A stretch of 64,000 nucleotides of DNA. It comes from Octopus vulgaris. Taxonomy: Eukaryota. Numbering within the stretch: the stretch's first letter is position 1; each line of letters begins with the position of its first letter. The notes beneath the pieces are model-generated. The model had not been told where the DNA came from. It saw nothing but the letters and a program-made list of their open reading frames with translations, and ran no database searches. Location: the NCBI GenBank assembly GCA_951406725.2, contig OX597814.1, positions 142,166,001 through 142,230,000 of the forward strand, read 5' to 3'. The position numbers were made by a program, and so were the translations under genes. Positions 1 through 14,266 of this stretch are shown here, piece by piece.

Positions 1-574
1 GTGTTTATACTAGAAGAAATTAATATTATTATTAGGGCAGCAACCTGTCTGAATTGTTAGAGCATCCCAAAAAAAAAAATGCCTTCTGGTATTTGTTCTA
101 GATCTGCACATTCTGGGTTCAAATTTTGCCATTCTTTGAAACAGTTCATAAATCTATATGTAACTTGATAATTAAATTTTACAGAGTTACAGTACAAATT
201 ATACATATTACCCTACAGCCTTTTAAAATTTTGAACACAGCTCATGGATTCTCAAGAATCAATGAATTCCATTTGGAAGAAATTCTGTTAGTATTTTGAT
301 AAATCAGAGATTGAGTCAGGTCAATACACCAACACCCACTTCCATAGTTCTTTTAATGGCCAAGTTTTATTTTATCTGTTCAGTTGATCTATTAATATGA
401 TAGATATTATTAAGCAATAATTCATTGTATCGACTTTGAAAGGCTGACTAGTAAAGTTGACTTCTTTGAAGGGGTTAGTCAATTTAGTCGATTTCAGTAA
501 ATAATTGGTATTTTGTATTATTGCCTCCAGATGGATGAAATACAAAATTGATCGCTACAAAATTTGAAAAATCA

Positions 575-1180
575 ATCATCATGATTATTAGCTTTATTTT
601 TATTTCTGCCTTTTCCATACTGGAATGGATTGCTTCAAAAAAATTGAGTCAGTATTCTATGATTAGATGCCCTTCCTGATCCATGCTAGCATGGGTTGGA
701 TAATTTGACTGAGGACTGGCAAGCCAGGAGGTTGCACCAGGCTCCAATCTGGTCTGGCAATGTTTCTACAGTTGGATGCTCTTCCTAATGCTAACCAATC
801 CAAGAGTGTAGTGGATGCTTTTTATATTTGGATGCACAGAAGCCAGTCAGGGTGCACTGGCATCGGCCATGTTCGGATGGTTCTTTTTACATGCCACCAG
901 CACAGGGGCCAGTTAAGCAGACCTAGCATTGACCATGTACAAATGGAGCTTTTCACATGCCACCAGCACAGGGGCCAGTTAGGTAGACCTAGCATCAACC
1001 ATGCTTGAATGGTGCTTTTTACATGCCACCAGCACAGGAGCCAGTCAGGGGGCACTGGCCATGGTTACGATTTTGGTTTTACTTGACTCAACAGGTCTTC
1101 TCAAGCATATCATATCACCCAACACATTAAGAGTACTTTTAAATGGGCCAAACATGCAACACTGGCATCAGCCATGGCTG
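575..1180 (-). mobile_element. RTE 3'UTR-derived elements, with an internal ~66-bp repeat x3 at ~866-1062
   Basis: Shares CCATGCTAGCATGGGTTGG...GGATGC.CTTCCTAA.GC.AACCA with 42228-42350. Further copies at ~1460-1705, 2545-2782, 17305-17490, 23900-24190, 29305-29440 and 39229-39386. Confidence 0.8.
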
Positions 1181-1890
1181 TGCTTAATTTCAAGCCGGGT
1201 ACTATTCTATTGGCTCTCATTCATCCAAAATTTCCAAGCTGCAAGATGTCTGTAAATGTTTGCTCAACTGACACAGGGTCAGTGTAAAGAGATGCTGCCT
1301 CTGTAGTTTCTGTCTACCAAATTTCACTCACAAAGAATCGCTCAACCAAATGCTGTTGTAGAAGACACTTGCTTGAGTTACTTAGTCCGCTGTGGGATCA
1401 AACCTGAAAACATGTGGTTGGGAAACAAATTTCTCAACACACAGTCATGCACACACACACCATCATCATCATTTAACATCCATATTCTATGCTGGCATGA
1501 GTTGCACAGCTTGACAGGAGCTGGCAAACTGGAGGTCTGCACCAGGCTCTGTTGTTTGTTTTTGGCATGGTTTCTATGACTGGATGCCCTTCCTAATGCT
1601 AACCACTTTACAGAGTGTACTGAGTTTTTTTTGTACATGACACCAGCATGAGTGCTTTTTACATGTGACTCTATGGGTGCTTTTAATCTGGCACCAGCAT
1701 GGGCTTGAAACATCTTCATAATAATAATTGTCTCTATGACTGGGTTAAATAGTTTGTTTCCCAACCACAGTTTTTGGTTTCTTCTCACTGCATGGCGCCT
1801 TGGATAAGTATCTTCTACTGTGGCCACGACCAACCAAAGCTTTGCAAGTGGATTTGGTAGATGGAAACCAAAAGAAACCCTTCATATATA

Positions 1891-1935
<45 letters not shown>

Positions 1936-2910
1936 GTGTGTTAGTATGTGTATGTAAGTGTCTCCTTGTCTTGGCATCGTGTTAGTTGTAATTAAGTGTC
2001 ACTGTCATACAAGCAGTGTCGTTTATTTTCAATATTCTGTGTAAACATGTCTGGCTATAGGGAAATATTACTTTGCCTGAAAATAGGTGAGGGTTGGCAA
2101 CAGGTAGGACTTCCATCTGTAGAAAATCTGCCTCATCTAACCATAAAACACGGGAAAGTAGACATTAAAAATGATGATGATGATGATGATGATGATGATT
2201 ACAAGGCCTGAAATTCAAGAAAGGCATTTAGTCAGTAAAACTAACCTCCTCAGTATTTAACTGGTACTTTATTTCACTGACTCAGGAAGGATGAAAAGCA
2301 AAGTTGACTACCAGATGTGCTAATAATTCTGCCAAAAGTCTGTCTTTTTAATCTACAAATTCTTGTGGGACTGGCAGCTAGCAACAGCTGTATAAAGACA
2401 ACCAAACAACCTGCAATACTAATTTTCCATTTATTTTTTTCTTCTTGATGAAATTAAGCACCAGTCATGAGAGAGTATATACAGTGTAGTGTATAATATT
2501 TTTCAAGAATCTGCAAAAAGTACCAGTGATGAGTAAAAAGCCTTGGTGCCAATGCCATATGAAAAGCACTGGTGCTGGTGCCATGTATAAAGCACTGGTG
2601 ATGGCACCATGTAAAAAGCACCCAATACACTCTGTAAGTGACTGGCATTAGAAAGGGCATCCAGCTGTAGAAACCAAGTCAAACAGGCTATGGAACATGG
2701 TGCAAACCTTGGCCTTGCCACCTCCTATCAAGCCATCCAACCCATGCCGGCATGGAAAACGGATGTTAAATGATGATGATGTTTAGTTGTATGAGATTTG
2801 CTCCTTATAAATCAGGCTAAACTACTAAAACACTAATTTAGAAGCAACATCATATGTAGTACAGTAAACACCATATACTACATTGAGTAGATCAAAAAAC
2901 TTTAATCATA

Positions 2911-3057
2911 AGTGCAGGAGTGGCTCTGTGGTAAGTAGCTTGCTTACCAGCCACATGGTTCTGGATTCAGTCCCACTGCGTAGCACCTTGAGCAAATGTC
3001 TTCTACTATAGCCTCAGGCTTGTGAGTGGATTTGGTAGATGGAAACTGAAAGAAGCC

Positions 3058-3132
<75 letters not shown>

Positions 3133-3365
3133 CGTATGTATGTACGTATGTGTGTATGTACATATGTGTGTCTGTGTTTGTCCCCCCAACATCGCTTGAC
3201 AACCAATGCTGGTGAGTTTATGACCCCAAAAATTTAGTGGTTTGGCAAAAAGATACTTATAGAATAAGTACTAGGCTTATAAAGAATAAGTCCTGTGGTC
3301 AATTTGCTGGATTAAACGCGGTACCCCAGTATGGCCACAGTCAAATGACTGGAACAAGAAAAAAA
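2911..3365 (+). mobile_element. tRNA-derived SINE, family A, with internal microsatellite
   Basis: Head GCAGGAGTGGCT.TGTGGTAAG (A box) and GG.TTCAGTCCC (B box), then body, internal (TA)/(TATG)n, and tail ...CAGTCAAATGACTG.AACAAG. Confidence 0.85.
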
Positions 3366-4094
3366 ACAAGAGACAACATGAATAAGTGAGAAGGAGGGAG
3401 AGAGAAAGACACTGACGATGAGAGAGAGAGAGAAAGAGAGAGAACTGTATAAATCAACACATTTAGACCTAAAGATTATGTTACAGAATTTTAGTTAAAA
3501 AACGTTATTACTTTCATATGATTGATATTATGTGTGACACACAAAAAGATATAAAGTTTTTTTGTTTTTTTTTCACATGCAGCTTCGATACTGCAGGTTG
3601 CCAAAGTCAGTTGTATAATATTATAACATTGATGAGTTGACACACAGCATGTTGTTGGTTTTTGAAGTACTAAGTTGGAACTTTTACTCACACCACAGGG
3701 GAAAAAAAGAGAAAAATAAGATAAATAAGAAATAAATAAATGGAAAGAGAAATAAATAAATCAGTTACTATAACTAGCAATGGTATGAATGAAGAAAGGA
3801 ATTAAAAGTGTGGTAGTTGCACCTAGTCAGCACAGAGTGGTACTGATTTTGGCATCTTCCCCAACCGTTAGTAACTAAAATAAATTCAGAACCCTCTTGT
3901 ACAGAATTTCTATTTTAAATACTATATATTATGCAATGGAAAGTTTGGGAGTGGAGAGAGGTGAAGAAAAAGTGGGAGGAATTTGATATCATGATAAAAT
4001 ATATTGGAATACATTTGACAGCCCTTTAAAATTAAACTGTTATTACTTTGTTATGCAAAACAAGCTAAACCGAAAGAAAATGTGATTTCAAATA

Positions 4095-4461
4095 GGCGCA
4101 GGAATGGCTGTGTGGTAAGTAGTTTGCTTACCAACCACATGGTTCCGGGTTCATCCCACCGCATGGCACTTTGGGCAAGTGTCTTCTACTATAGCCTCGG
4201 GCTGACTAAAGCCTTGTGAGTGGATTTGGAAGACGGAAACTGAAAGAAGCCTGTCTGTTTGTGTCCCCCCGACCACCACCACCATCGCTTAACAACTGAT
4301 GTTGGTGGGTTTATGTCCCAGTAAGTTAGTGGTTTGGCAAAAGAGACTGATAGAATAAGTACTTGGCTTACAAAAGAATAAATCTTGGGTGCAATTTGTT
4401 CAACTAATGGCAGTGCTCCAGCATGGCTGCAGTCAAATGACTGAAACAAATAAAAGAATAA
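4095..4461 (+). mobile_element. SINE family A
   Basis: Same head, body and tail as 2911. Confidence 0.85.
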
Positions 4462-4789
4462 ATGTATATATACATATATATATATATACACACCTTATAT
4501 ATTTGTTTGTTCAATTTTATGCCAGTTTTTCTATGTTAAAATGGATTAGATGAATATATTTTTGAAGAATTGTTTTATAACTGGATGCATTTCCTATCAC
4601 TAATCCATTCCTGTTTTTCAAGTAAGTGATCACTTCTTTGTCATGTCTTTGAAGGCTTGGAGCCAGTGGACAAATTGTTGGCAGGAAAATAACCACTTCT
4701 GGCTGAAAGATTCTTTAAGAAGTATGAATACGCAGACACACATATATATATATGCACATGTGTGTGTGTGTGTGTGTGTGTGTGTATTC

Positions 4790-5196
4790 TTTTATTCTTT
4801 TACTCTTTTACTTGTTTCAGTCACTTGACTGCAGCCATGCTGGAGCACTGCCTTTAAGGGATTTTTTAGTTGAAGAAATCAACTCAGGGACTTATTCTTT
4901 GTAAGCCTAGTACTTATTCTATTGGTCTCTTTTGCCAAACTGCTAACTTACAGAGATGTAAACACACCAACACTGGTTGTCAAGCAGTGGGGATGGGGAG
5001 AAAGGCAGACACAAAGACACACACATTCACAAATACATATGTATTTATATGACAGGTTTCTTTCTACCAAATCCACTCACAAGGCTTTGGTTAACCCAAG
5101 GCTATAGTAGAAAACACTTGCCCAAGGTGCCACACAGTGGGACTGAACCTGGAACCATGCAGTTGGGAAGCAAGCTTCTTACCACACAGCCATACA
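4790..5196 (-). mobile_element. SINE family A, CpG-decayed
   Basis: Reverse-complement match to family A. Confidence 0.85.
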
Positions 5197-5899
5197 CAGG
5201 TATGTTGATGCAAGCAGGAAAAACAGAACTCAATATATGAGTATATGTATATGTTTAACAATATTTAGCAGAAATAACAGAGTGACTCAAGGTCCAAGAA
5301 TTTCATGCATTGATACTTATCACTTTGAGCCAGGAAACAGAGCATGGTTGCGAGTGGCTTTATGTAATTTAATTGAACGACTTTTCTGTGGATGTGGTCC
5401 ACGATATCTATGTGCACAGCAACAGTACTCTCATTTGTGAAGGTGTTGCAGGTATTTGAAACCTAACCTAAATGCAAGATACTCAGTTAAGAATGATGGG
5501 TGAGCCACCACAGTGTCATGTGGTTGATCTATAACTTGACTATACAGCTCTAAGCTGTGGTGTGAAATGGCTTTCTCAAAAGTATTTGAATTTATCGATG
5601 TCACCTTATAAAAACAGTTTGGCATTTAATTCATCACAGTGTTGAGGGTGGCCAACATCTCTTGCCAGGCAGGTGGCCAACGATTGCTGACACCACAGAC
5701 CACCTCGGACTTTTGTGAAGGCAACTTGAGGCACTCGGACACAGCACATGATGTCCCACAGATAACTTTTTACTTTCATTGAACAGTTTTTCTCTCCTCC
5801 CAGTCAGTAATTATTAATATCATTCATTGTAAATAGCCAACACTAAAATATATTATGTCCAGCTATAAATATCAAAGTTAAATGTCTGTGAGCTTGCTT

Positions 5900-6578
5900 C
5901 ACTTATTATTCATACAGCCAATGACATTCCGCATGTACACTACAACAATGATAATAATACAATCCGCTTAGACAATGGTGAATCAGACGTTTGATGTATA
6001 GCATCATTGACCTGCTCAACACAAGCAACAAGCAGCCATGCAGCAAAGACAATAATCCATTGTGGGCTTCACCTAAGCTATGTAGGGTATTAGTAATTGT
6101 TGGGGGCTGAAGTAATTTTTGGCAACACAGAGAAGGGCAGTCTTTGAGATGTCCTAGCTTTGTTGTAGATGTGTTTTTTGCCAGGGGAGATCCTTGGTGA
6201 TAATTAGGCCTAACATTTGGAGCAAGAGTGAAGGTTCTTGCTGCACACTGCTCATGTTTCAGAAGGTGAGGTGAGATGATGTTTTTTTTTTTTTGATATG
6301 AGGAGCACTGTGTATATTTTTGCAGTTGAAAGAGGGAAGATTGGCATGTCTCCATTATAGGATGCTTTTGAGATCTCTGTTAATAGACTTAGTGAAGGTT
6401 TGGCATGTGGTAGCTAGGTTGCATGTGGAGGACACATGGTTGGAGAAGATAAGAAAAAGAAAAAAATGAAGGGCACTATTATCTGTGTATGAGTGGGCGT
6501 TGTAAGATGTGACAGCAACTAGGTCATTCGATGTATAGAAAGAAAACACAGTAGGGGACAAAACCGAGCCCCTACAGC
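5900..6578 (-). pseudogene. Decayed CR1/L2/Jockey-group LINE reverse transcriptase fragment
   Basis: Translation [17 protein letters not shown]...HSYTDNSALH...SINRDLKSI resembles the RT motifs QGSVLSP.LF..INDL, YADD and L..DL..I. It is cut off by the microsatellite at 6581. Confidence 0.65.
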
Positions 6579-6580
6579 CC

Positions 6581-6733
6581 ATAATTATATATATATATGT
6601 ATGTGTATATATATACATATATGTATGTATATATATATATATATGTATGTGTATATATATATGTATGTGTATATATATATGTATGTGTATATATATGTAT
6701 GTGTATATATATATGTGTGTATATATATGTATG

Positions 6734-6764
<31 letters not shown>

Positions 6765-6993
6765 ATGTGTATATATATATATATGTATGTGTATATATAT
6801 ATATATGTATGTGTATATATATATATATATGTATGTGTATATATATATGTATGTGTATATATATATATGTGTATATATATGTATGTATATATATATTTAT
6901 ATATATATATATATGTATGTATGTGTATATATACATGTGTATATATATATATATATATATGTGTGTGTATATATATATAATTATGTATATATA

Positions 6994-7035
<42 letters not shown>
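6581..7035. repeat. Compound (TA)n/(TATG)n microsatellite
   Basis: Direct reading. Confidence 0.97.
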
Positions 7036-7037
<2 letters not shown>

Positions 7038-7716
7038 ACTTTTGCTGCAAATAAACACACGTACATAGAACAAAGGAAGATAAATATCAAGCAAGCTTTA
7101 AGAGTAGAAAGAGAAACTATTTTGTACTGATTGTGATATGATATTAGAATTCCTTTTAAAATACAGTAATCAGACAGGGGAAGTAAGGGAGGGGAGGAGA
7201 AGTGTGTGTGTGTGTGTGGGGGTTTACTATCGTTGGGAAAATGGTACGTAACTGAAGAGAATAACAGACATGCATGCATGTCTGTTAATATTGCATCTTT
7301 TTTCAACAGGGTGGAGACATATATTTACACAGGCACTATCACTTCCCCGCTTCTCTCTCGCTGACAATATTTATATTCCATTCCATTCCTGTTGGTAGGG
7401 TAGGTACAAGAGTATAGACACGAACACACACACACAAGTACATATACACACATGCATGCATGTGGGCTTACATACAGTAATACATGTACAGAATTAACAA
7501 TATATATACACACACCTGCATAATATTTCTAATATATATATATATATATACAAACATATACACTTACACACATGCACTCACACATACACACACTATACAC
7601 AGACATCGCTTCTGTCCGTCACTGTCTTCATATTAGCATTCTGCCTCTATCATTTGGGTTTGGTACAATTCCATATATGCACACACTTATTCACAAACAC
7701 ACCTGCACAGAATTAT

Positions 7717-7792
<76 letters not shown>

Positions 7793-7943
7793 TATATATA
7801 TATATACAGATTTACAAACACACATGCAGTTACCTTACCCAGAACATGAACAGACATTTACACATACACACAGGTACAAAAACATGCAAAATGTTCCCAA
7901 CTAGAGCGTGAACGCACACATGCATACATGCATATACACACTG

Positions 7944-7978
<35 letters not shown>

Positions 7979-9350
7979 TACACACCCACAGCTATAAAAA
8001 CATGCAGGCAGCATCTCACTCACAGCATGAACACACACATGCAGGCACATTCCCAACCAAAGCATGCACCCCACTCCCATATGTACCATCTCTCTTGAGG
8101 GCTATAGAAACCACTTAATTATGGTTAACAGGGATACAGTTTTGTTTTCTTTAACTCTGAGGGAAAATACTGTGAAAAAACTCTCGGGAGAAGAAAAAAA
8201 AATAGGGAGAAAAAAAGAAAGAAAAAAGATTATCAGTCAGAAGAATGGTATTTTGTTATGATTTTTGATGGAATTCTGGTAGTGGTATACAGAAACTGAA
8301 AATAGAAATCCTGAGTAACAGAAGAATCAGAGAGAATAAATGTCTTGAAATGGAAGATTCTTAACCCTTTCTCTTACTATACACTGCATTTGTTTCAATT
8401 AATTTCTGAAAATAATGAAGAATTTAGTAAAATACTTTATTAATTTTTAAGCTGATGTTTGGAAGTTGAATTCCATGAAATTTTAGTGGAAGTTTAAAAT
8501 TTAACCCATTTTGGTGTGATTTCTACAGCTGGATGTCTATCCTATTGTCAACAACTTTACAGAGTGTATTAAGTGCTTTCTGTGTGGCACCAGCACCAAT
8601 GAGGTCAGCAAGTAAATATTAAAGATAATTTTAAAATGTTTTTTATATTTTTAAATAATCTTTAAGTGCAAGAAAGAAGGAGGAAAAGTGGGAGAAAAGG
8701 CATTAATAATGGACAGTTAAAGTAAACAAGGAAAAAGGAAGGTAAAATAACATACTATATACAAGCAGATGGCTTGAAGGTTGGGAGTGGGAATAACGAG
8801 CTTGTGAGAAATTAATCAGCCTGAAGGAGGAAAAAAAACTAACAAACATCCTACTCGATATATCTTCCTGCTGCCATAATTAAATAGCAACATCAACACT
8901 TGAGGAACAAGTGCAACAACAATAGCAACAGCAACAACGTCAACTAATGCATGAAGAAGAATAATGATGATTTCAAATTTTAGCACAAGGCCAGCAATTT
9001 CAAAGGATGGGGTGAGCCGTTTACATCAACCCCAGTGTCCAACTGATACTTATTTTGTTAACGCCAAAAGGATAAAAGGCAAAAATCAACCTCAGGGGAA
9101 TTTGAACTCAGAACATAAAGAAATGCTACCAAGCATTTTGCTGGATTTGCAACCATTCAGCCAAATCACCATCTTCATAAATAAGAATAATTCTTTCAAA
9201 CTTTTTCACATTCATAGATTTTTTGAATTATAAAACTAATATATTTTAGACGTGTGTGTGTGTACGCATGTTCATGAGTGTGTGTGTTGCTGTTTAGCCG
9301 AAGTGAATCCTGAATGAGCAGGCTTGTAACCAAAGGCATTGAGCAGGATT

Positions 9351-9576
9351 AACACTTTAGCATTTAAAGCAACCGTATCTGGCCAAAATATCCTACCTGT
9401 TTTGTGCTAAAACTGGCCAGATTTGGCTTCTTACACCTAACCTACAATGCTATTTTAAAAATATAAAATCACATCATTGAAATCCTGATACTACAAGATA
9501 ATAAATAATTAATTCAAATCAATGTGAATAAATAAGCATAGCATTTGACAGATTAATCTGAATGCTAAATGGTTAA
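9351..9576. mobile_element. piggyBac-type MITE, family 2
   Basis: TTAACACTTTAGCATT ... AATGCTAAATGGTTAA. Same family as 36559-36785 and 36929-37697. Confidence 0.75.
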
Positions 9577-10184
9577 GTCATGTTTTTATATACCTAGAAA
9601 TATTGATACATTCTATATATACTTCCATTTTTAAGATAATAAGGTGGAATTTAAGGGACATTTAATTGCTATTTCTAACAAGTTGTGTGACAACGTAAAA
9701 GAACATATACGTATACAGGTGTATGCATGCAAATAAGTGTGTAACAAATCTACTTTCAAACCTGGTAAAACTTCACCTGTATTCATGAAAAAAACGAAAA
9801 GGGTAAGATTTAATAATTTCATCAACTTGACAAACAAGTTACATAAACATGTTTTACTCATTAGAGATTCAAACAATATTTATGTGAAAGGTGATAAATT
9901 CAAAAATGCAAGATCAGAATACATTAGATTAAAATTTAGCAAAATAATGAAATACAAACTCACACACACGCACACAAACATATATATATATTTTTTAAAT
10001 TTGTTTACAGGAAATGTTTCAAATATGTAAATAGAGTTCCTATTCCATTATGCTGGCCACAGTCTAATGATGCTGACTGGTGAACCAGTTTTGGGGGTTG
10101 CATCGAGTTGTACTGGTATAGTGTAGGATAAATATAATAATAAAACTTGAATAGAATTTATAAACCTTTAATGCATTGGTAATC

Positions 10185-10463
10185 GCATTTCCACAAATCA
10201 CATGTCTCTTAAGATCACAGTCCATATTCCTGGGATGATTATGGTGTAGCCCATAGTATTCATGGGCATCGGGTAGATTATCATCATGGATTCATTTCTT
10301 CAGGTGATATAAAATTAATAGATGTTTGCCAGATGTTATATCACCTGAAGAAACGAATCCATGAAGATGACCGACCCAATGCCCACAGATATTACGGACT
10401 ACACTGTAATCATTTTGGTAACATGGACTGTGATCTTAAGAGACATGTGATTTGTGGAAATGC
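10185..10463. repeat. Fold-back inverted repeat (~125-bp arms)
   Basis: GCATTTCCACAAATCACATGTCTCTTAAGATCACAGTCCAT and its reverse complement ending at 10463. The inner arms ATGGATTC.TTTCTTCAGGTGATATAA / TTATATCACCTGAAGAAA.GAATCCAT also pair. Confidence 0.9.
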
Positions 10464-10505
10464 ACATAGTGGACCCCTGTAGAAAACCACTGATGTAGAC
10501 TTTAT

Positions 10506-13500
10506 ATAATACTAAAGGGTCATCTGGACAATTTTACTACATTCATTCATTGCAGAATTTGTGAAGCATTAGTGGCTAAAAACATTTCTTCAGAATTAAG
10601 ATGCGATTAACATTATCTGCTTCATTAAAGGATATGCATTGAACAGTTATCTGTTCATGAATCTAAACCAAAACATGGGATCTAATCCAACTAAACTTCT
10701 AATGTGTACAGATATGTGAGGGCTGTCACAAGAATGAGCATGAAGATGACTTATTCAAGGGACCACAACCATGATACATTTCACAATAATGCGCTAGGAA
10801 TTTTCTGTGCCCTCTCAGTTCTGGTGGGTCCTGAATTTCATGTTATGTGTCTTTCAATAAAATCAATGTAACTGAAGGTGCTGAAGTCTCCAAAACATAA
10901 CTGCTGATATGGTTTACTGTTGTTCAACATGACAGAACAACAAAACCTACTTTGTGTTGAACAATAATAATAGAGATGGGTGGAATATGTTCATAAATTT
11001 CCACTTTTGTCCAGCACTGAAGCCATAAAATGTTTTGAGCCCTCAGGAGGAGTCTATTGTACATCATGTTCCTTCTTCATAGTCCAGTTTTTTAGCTCCA
11101 TCGAGTAGAATGCTCTCCACATTTACAGGAGACAAACAGATTTAAATAAAACAAAAAGAAAAAATAAAGTTATGTTACAAGTGCTTTCACTGGCAGCAAC
11201 CATAGTAAGGGAAATGAGAAATACAGTAAAAGAGATCATATACTGTTACATCTATCAGAAAAAGACTAAAATCTTCCAGAACTCTTTTATGATAAGAATT
11301 AACAAAGTGTGCTAGATTTGTCAGACATACTTGAGAAGTTTAATGAACTTAATATATCTCTGCAAGGGTAAGACATACATTTTTTGATTTGACATAAAAT
11401 TGAAGCATCCATAAAAACACACACACACACCAAAAAACAAAAACAAATAAACTCATGGAACCATGAAAATACAGGACAATAAATTTGAAACATTTTCATG
11501 AACTGATGATTTTGTCTGTGAGGATAATCTCACATTTAATTCGATTAAGCAGATCACGAGTATTTACTATGAATAGAAAAATAGTTCTACAAATATTTTC
11601 TATTTGACATAAACAATTGTAATTCTCTAATGAGGAGACCCAAATCTTTTCCATTGTAGCAATGAAAGAAATATAATAACAGTTCTCTTTGAAGAAATGT
11701 AAAGAATTTACAGAGCTGTCATGTATTTTATGTGCATAAACCTCAAATTTTCAAAACAAACTAAATGCTTTAATGGTTAAGCATGAAATCAGAATCTCAA
11801 ATGTTCTTTACAGAATTAGCAATGACAGCTCTGTTACCATTTCATTCCTCAGATTTCTGTAAACCTACATTTTCAGTTTCTCTTAAATTCCCTTAAGAAT
11901 ATCACTGACAAATATCACGTCACAGTTTGAGGTGCTGAAAGAAAACGAGCACCTATTCTGTATTCTTTTTTTGTTTGAAATGTTTTTGTTTCCTACATTG
12001 TTTTAATTTTCTGAACTTCAGTTTGTTGTTATCATATTTTACTTAATAGGATCTATATATAAAGTTGAAGTTGTCTGTGTATGGCAGGTTTGGTAGCCTT
12101 CAACTAACACTATTTCCTCCGAGACCCTGCAGCGCAAGTTGACCAAAATTGAGAGTATGATAGAAGAAGGCTTGCTCTTCCTTCCATAGAAGATAAAAAT
12201 TCAAATTGGACCATGTTAACACCAAAAATTATTTACATTAAAAATGTGCTTCTTTTCTATGAAAATACCTATTTTTACGATTTTTTTACTGCTGTGTCGC
12301 CATTTTTCAGTGTATTTCAACCAGAAGAATGTTCACTTAAAGATAATACTAAAGGGTCATCTGGACAATTTTACTACATTCATTCATTGCAGAATTTGTG
12401 AAGCATTAGTGGCTAAAAACATTTCTTCAGAATTAAGATGCGATTAACATTATCTGCTTCATTAAAGGATATGCATTGAACAGTTATCTGTTCATGAATC
12501 TAAACCAAAACATGGGATCTAATCCAACTAAACTTCTAATGTGTACAGATATGTGAGGGCTGTCACAAGAATGAGCATGAAGATGACTTATTCAAGGGAC
12601 CACAACCATGATACATTTCACAATAATGCGCTAGGAATTTTCTGTGCCCTCTCAGTTCTGGTGGGTCCTGAATTTCATGTTATGTGTCTTTCAATAAAAT
12701 CAATGTAACTGAAGGTGCTGAAGTCTCCAAAACATAACTGCTGATATGGTTTACTGTTGTTCAACATGACAGAACAACAAAACCTACTTTGTGTTGAACA
12801 ATAATAATAGAGATGGGTGGAATATGTTCATAAATTTCCACTTTTGTCCAGCACTGAAGCCATAAAATGTTTTGAGCCCTCAGGAGGAGTCTATTGTACA
12901 TCATGTTCCTTCTTCATAGTCCAGTTTTTTAGCTCCATCGAGTAGAATGCTCTCCACATTTACAGGAGACAAACAGATTTAAATAAAACAAAAAGAAAAA
13001 ATAAAGTTATGTTACAAGTGCTTTCACTGGCAGCAACCATAGTAAGGGAAATGAGAAATACAGTAAAAGAGATCATATACTGTTACATCTATCAGAAAAA
13101 GACTAAAAACTTCCAGAACTCTTTTATGATAAGAATTAACAAAGTGTGCTAGATTTGTCAGACATACTTGAGAAGTTTAATGAACTTAATATATCTCTGC
13201 AAGGGTAAGACATACATTTTTTGATTTGACATAAAATTGAAGCATCCATAAAAACACACACACACACCAAAAAACAAAAACAAATAAACTCATGGAACCA
13301 TGAAAATACAGGACAATAAATTTGAAACATTTTCATGAACTGATGATTTTGTCTGTGAGGATAATCTCACATTTAATTCGATTAAGCAGATCACGAGTAT
13401 TTACTATGAATAGAAAAATAATTCTACAAATATTTTCTATTTGACATAAACAATTGTAATTCTCTAATGAGGAGACCCAAATCTTTTCCATTGTAGCAAT

Positions 13501-14169
13501 GAAAGAAATATAATAACAGTTCTCTTTGAAGAAATGTAAAGAATTTACAGAGCTGTCATGTATTTTATGTGCATAAACCTCAAATTTTCAAAACAAACTA
13601 AATGCTTTAATGGTTAAGCATGAAATCAGAATCTCAAATGTTCTTTACAGAATTAGCAATGACAGCTCTGTTACCATTTCATTCCTCAGATTTCTGTAAA
13701 CCTACATTTTCAGTTTCTCTTAAATTCCCTTAAGAATATCACTGACAAATATCACGTCACAGTTTGAGGTGCTGAAAGAAAACGAGCACCTATTCTGTAT
13801 TCTTTTTTGTTTGTTTTTTTGTTTCTACATTGTTTTAATTTTCTGAACTTCAGTTTGTTGTTATCATATTTTACTTAATCTCTATATATAAAGTTGAAGT
13901 TGTCTGTGTATGGCAGGTTTGGTAGCCTTCAACTAACACTATTTCCTCCGAGACCCTGCAGCGCAAGTTGACCAAAATTGAGAGTATGATAGAAGAAGGC
14001 TTGCTCTTCCTTCCATAGAAGAAAAATTCAAATTGGACCATGTTAACACCAAAAATTATTTACATTAAAAATGTGCTTCTTTTCTATGAAAATACCTATT
14101 TTTACGATTTTTTTACTGCTGTGTCGCCATTTTTCAGTGTATTTCAACCAGAAGAATGTTCACTTAAAG
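10506..14169. repeat. Tandem duplication with a ~1.84-kb unit (10506-12342 and 12343-14169)
   Basis: ATAATACTAAAGGGTCATCTGG starts both copies. Identical ORFs at 11299 and 13136 are offset by 1837 bp. The few differences are mostly at homopolymers. Confidence 0.95.
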
Positions 14170-14266
14170 AGAATAACAAGCTACATAATGCAAAATTTTT
14201 ACTTTTCAAAAATTCCAATTCTAATGGATCGAAACAAATCCGAGCAACACCGGGCGATACTGCTAG
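13879..14266 (+). mobile_element. Short non-autonomous Helitron
   Basis: 5' end A|TC(TC)TATATATAAAGTTG and 3' end CCGAGCAACACCGGGCGATACTGCTAG|T give TC...CTAG between A and T, with no TSD. A 3'-truncated copy lies at 12052-12342. Confidence 0.75.

Noticed and set aside
4095-4170. tRNA genes at SINE heads
   Set aside because: A and B boxes are present, but there is no full cloverleaf and each head continues into a SINE body.
6572-7306. Long ORFs rich in Y/I/H/T/C/V (also 26775-28320, 30257-30851 and 56641-57404)
   Set aside because: These are translations of stop-free TA/TG/GATA microsatellites.
10520-11960. Hidden gene or transposase within the duplicated unit
   Set aside because: The frames I translated had frequent stops and no convincing motif.
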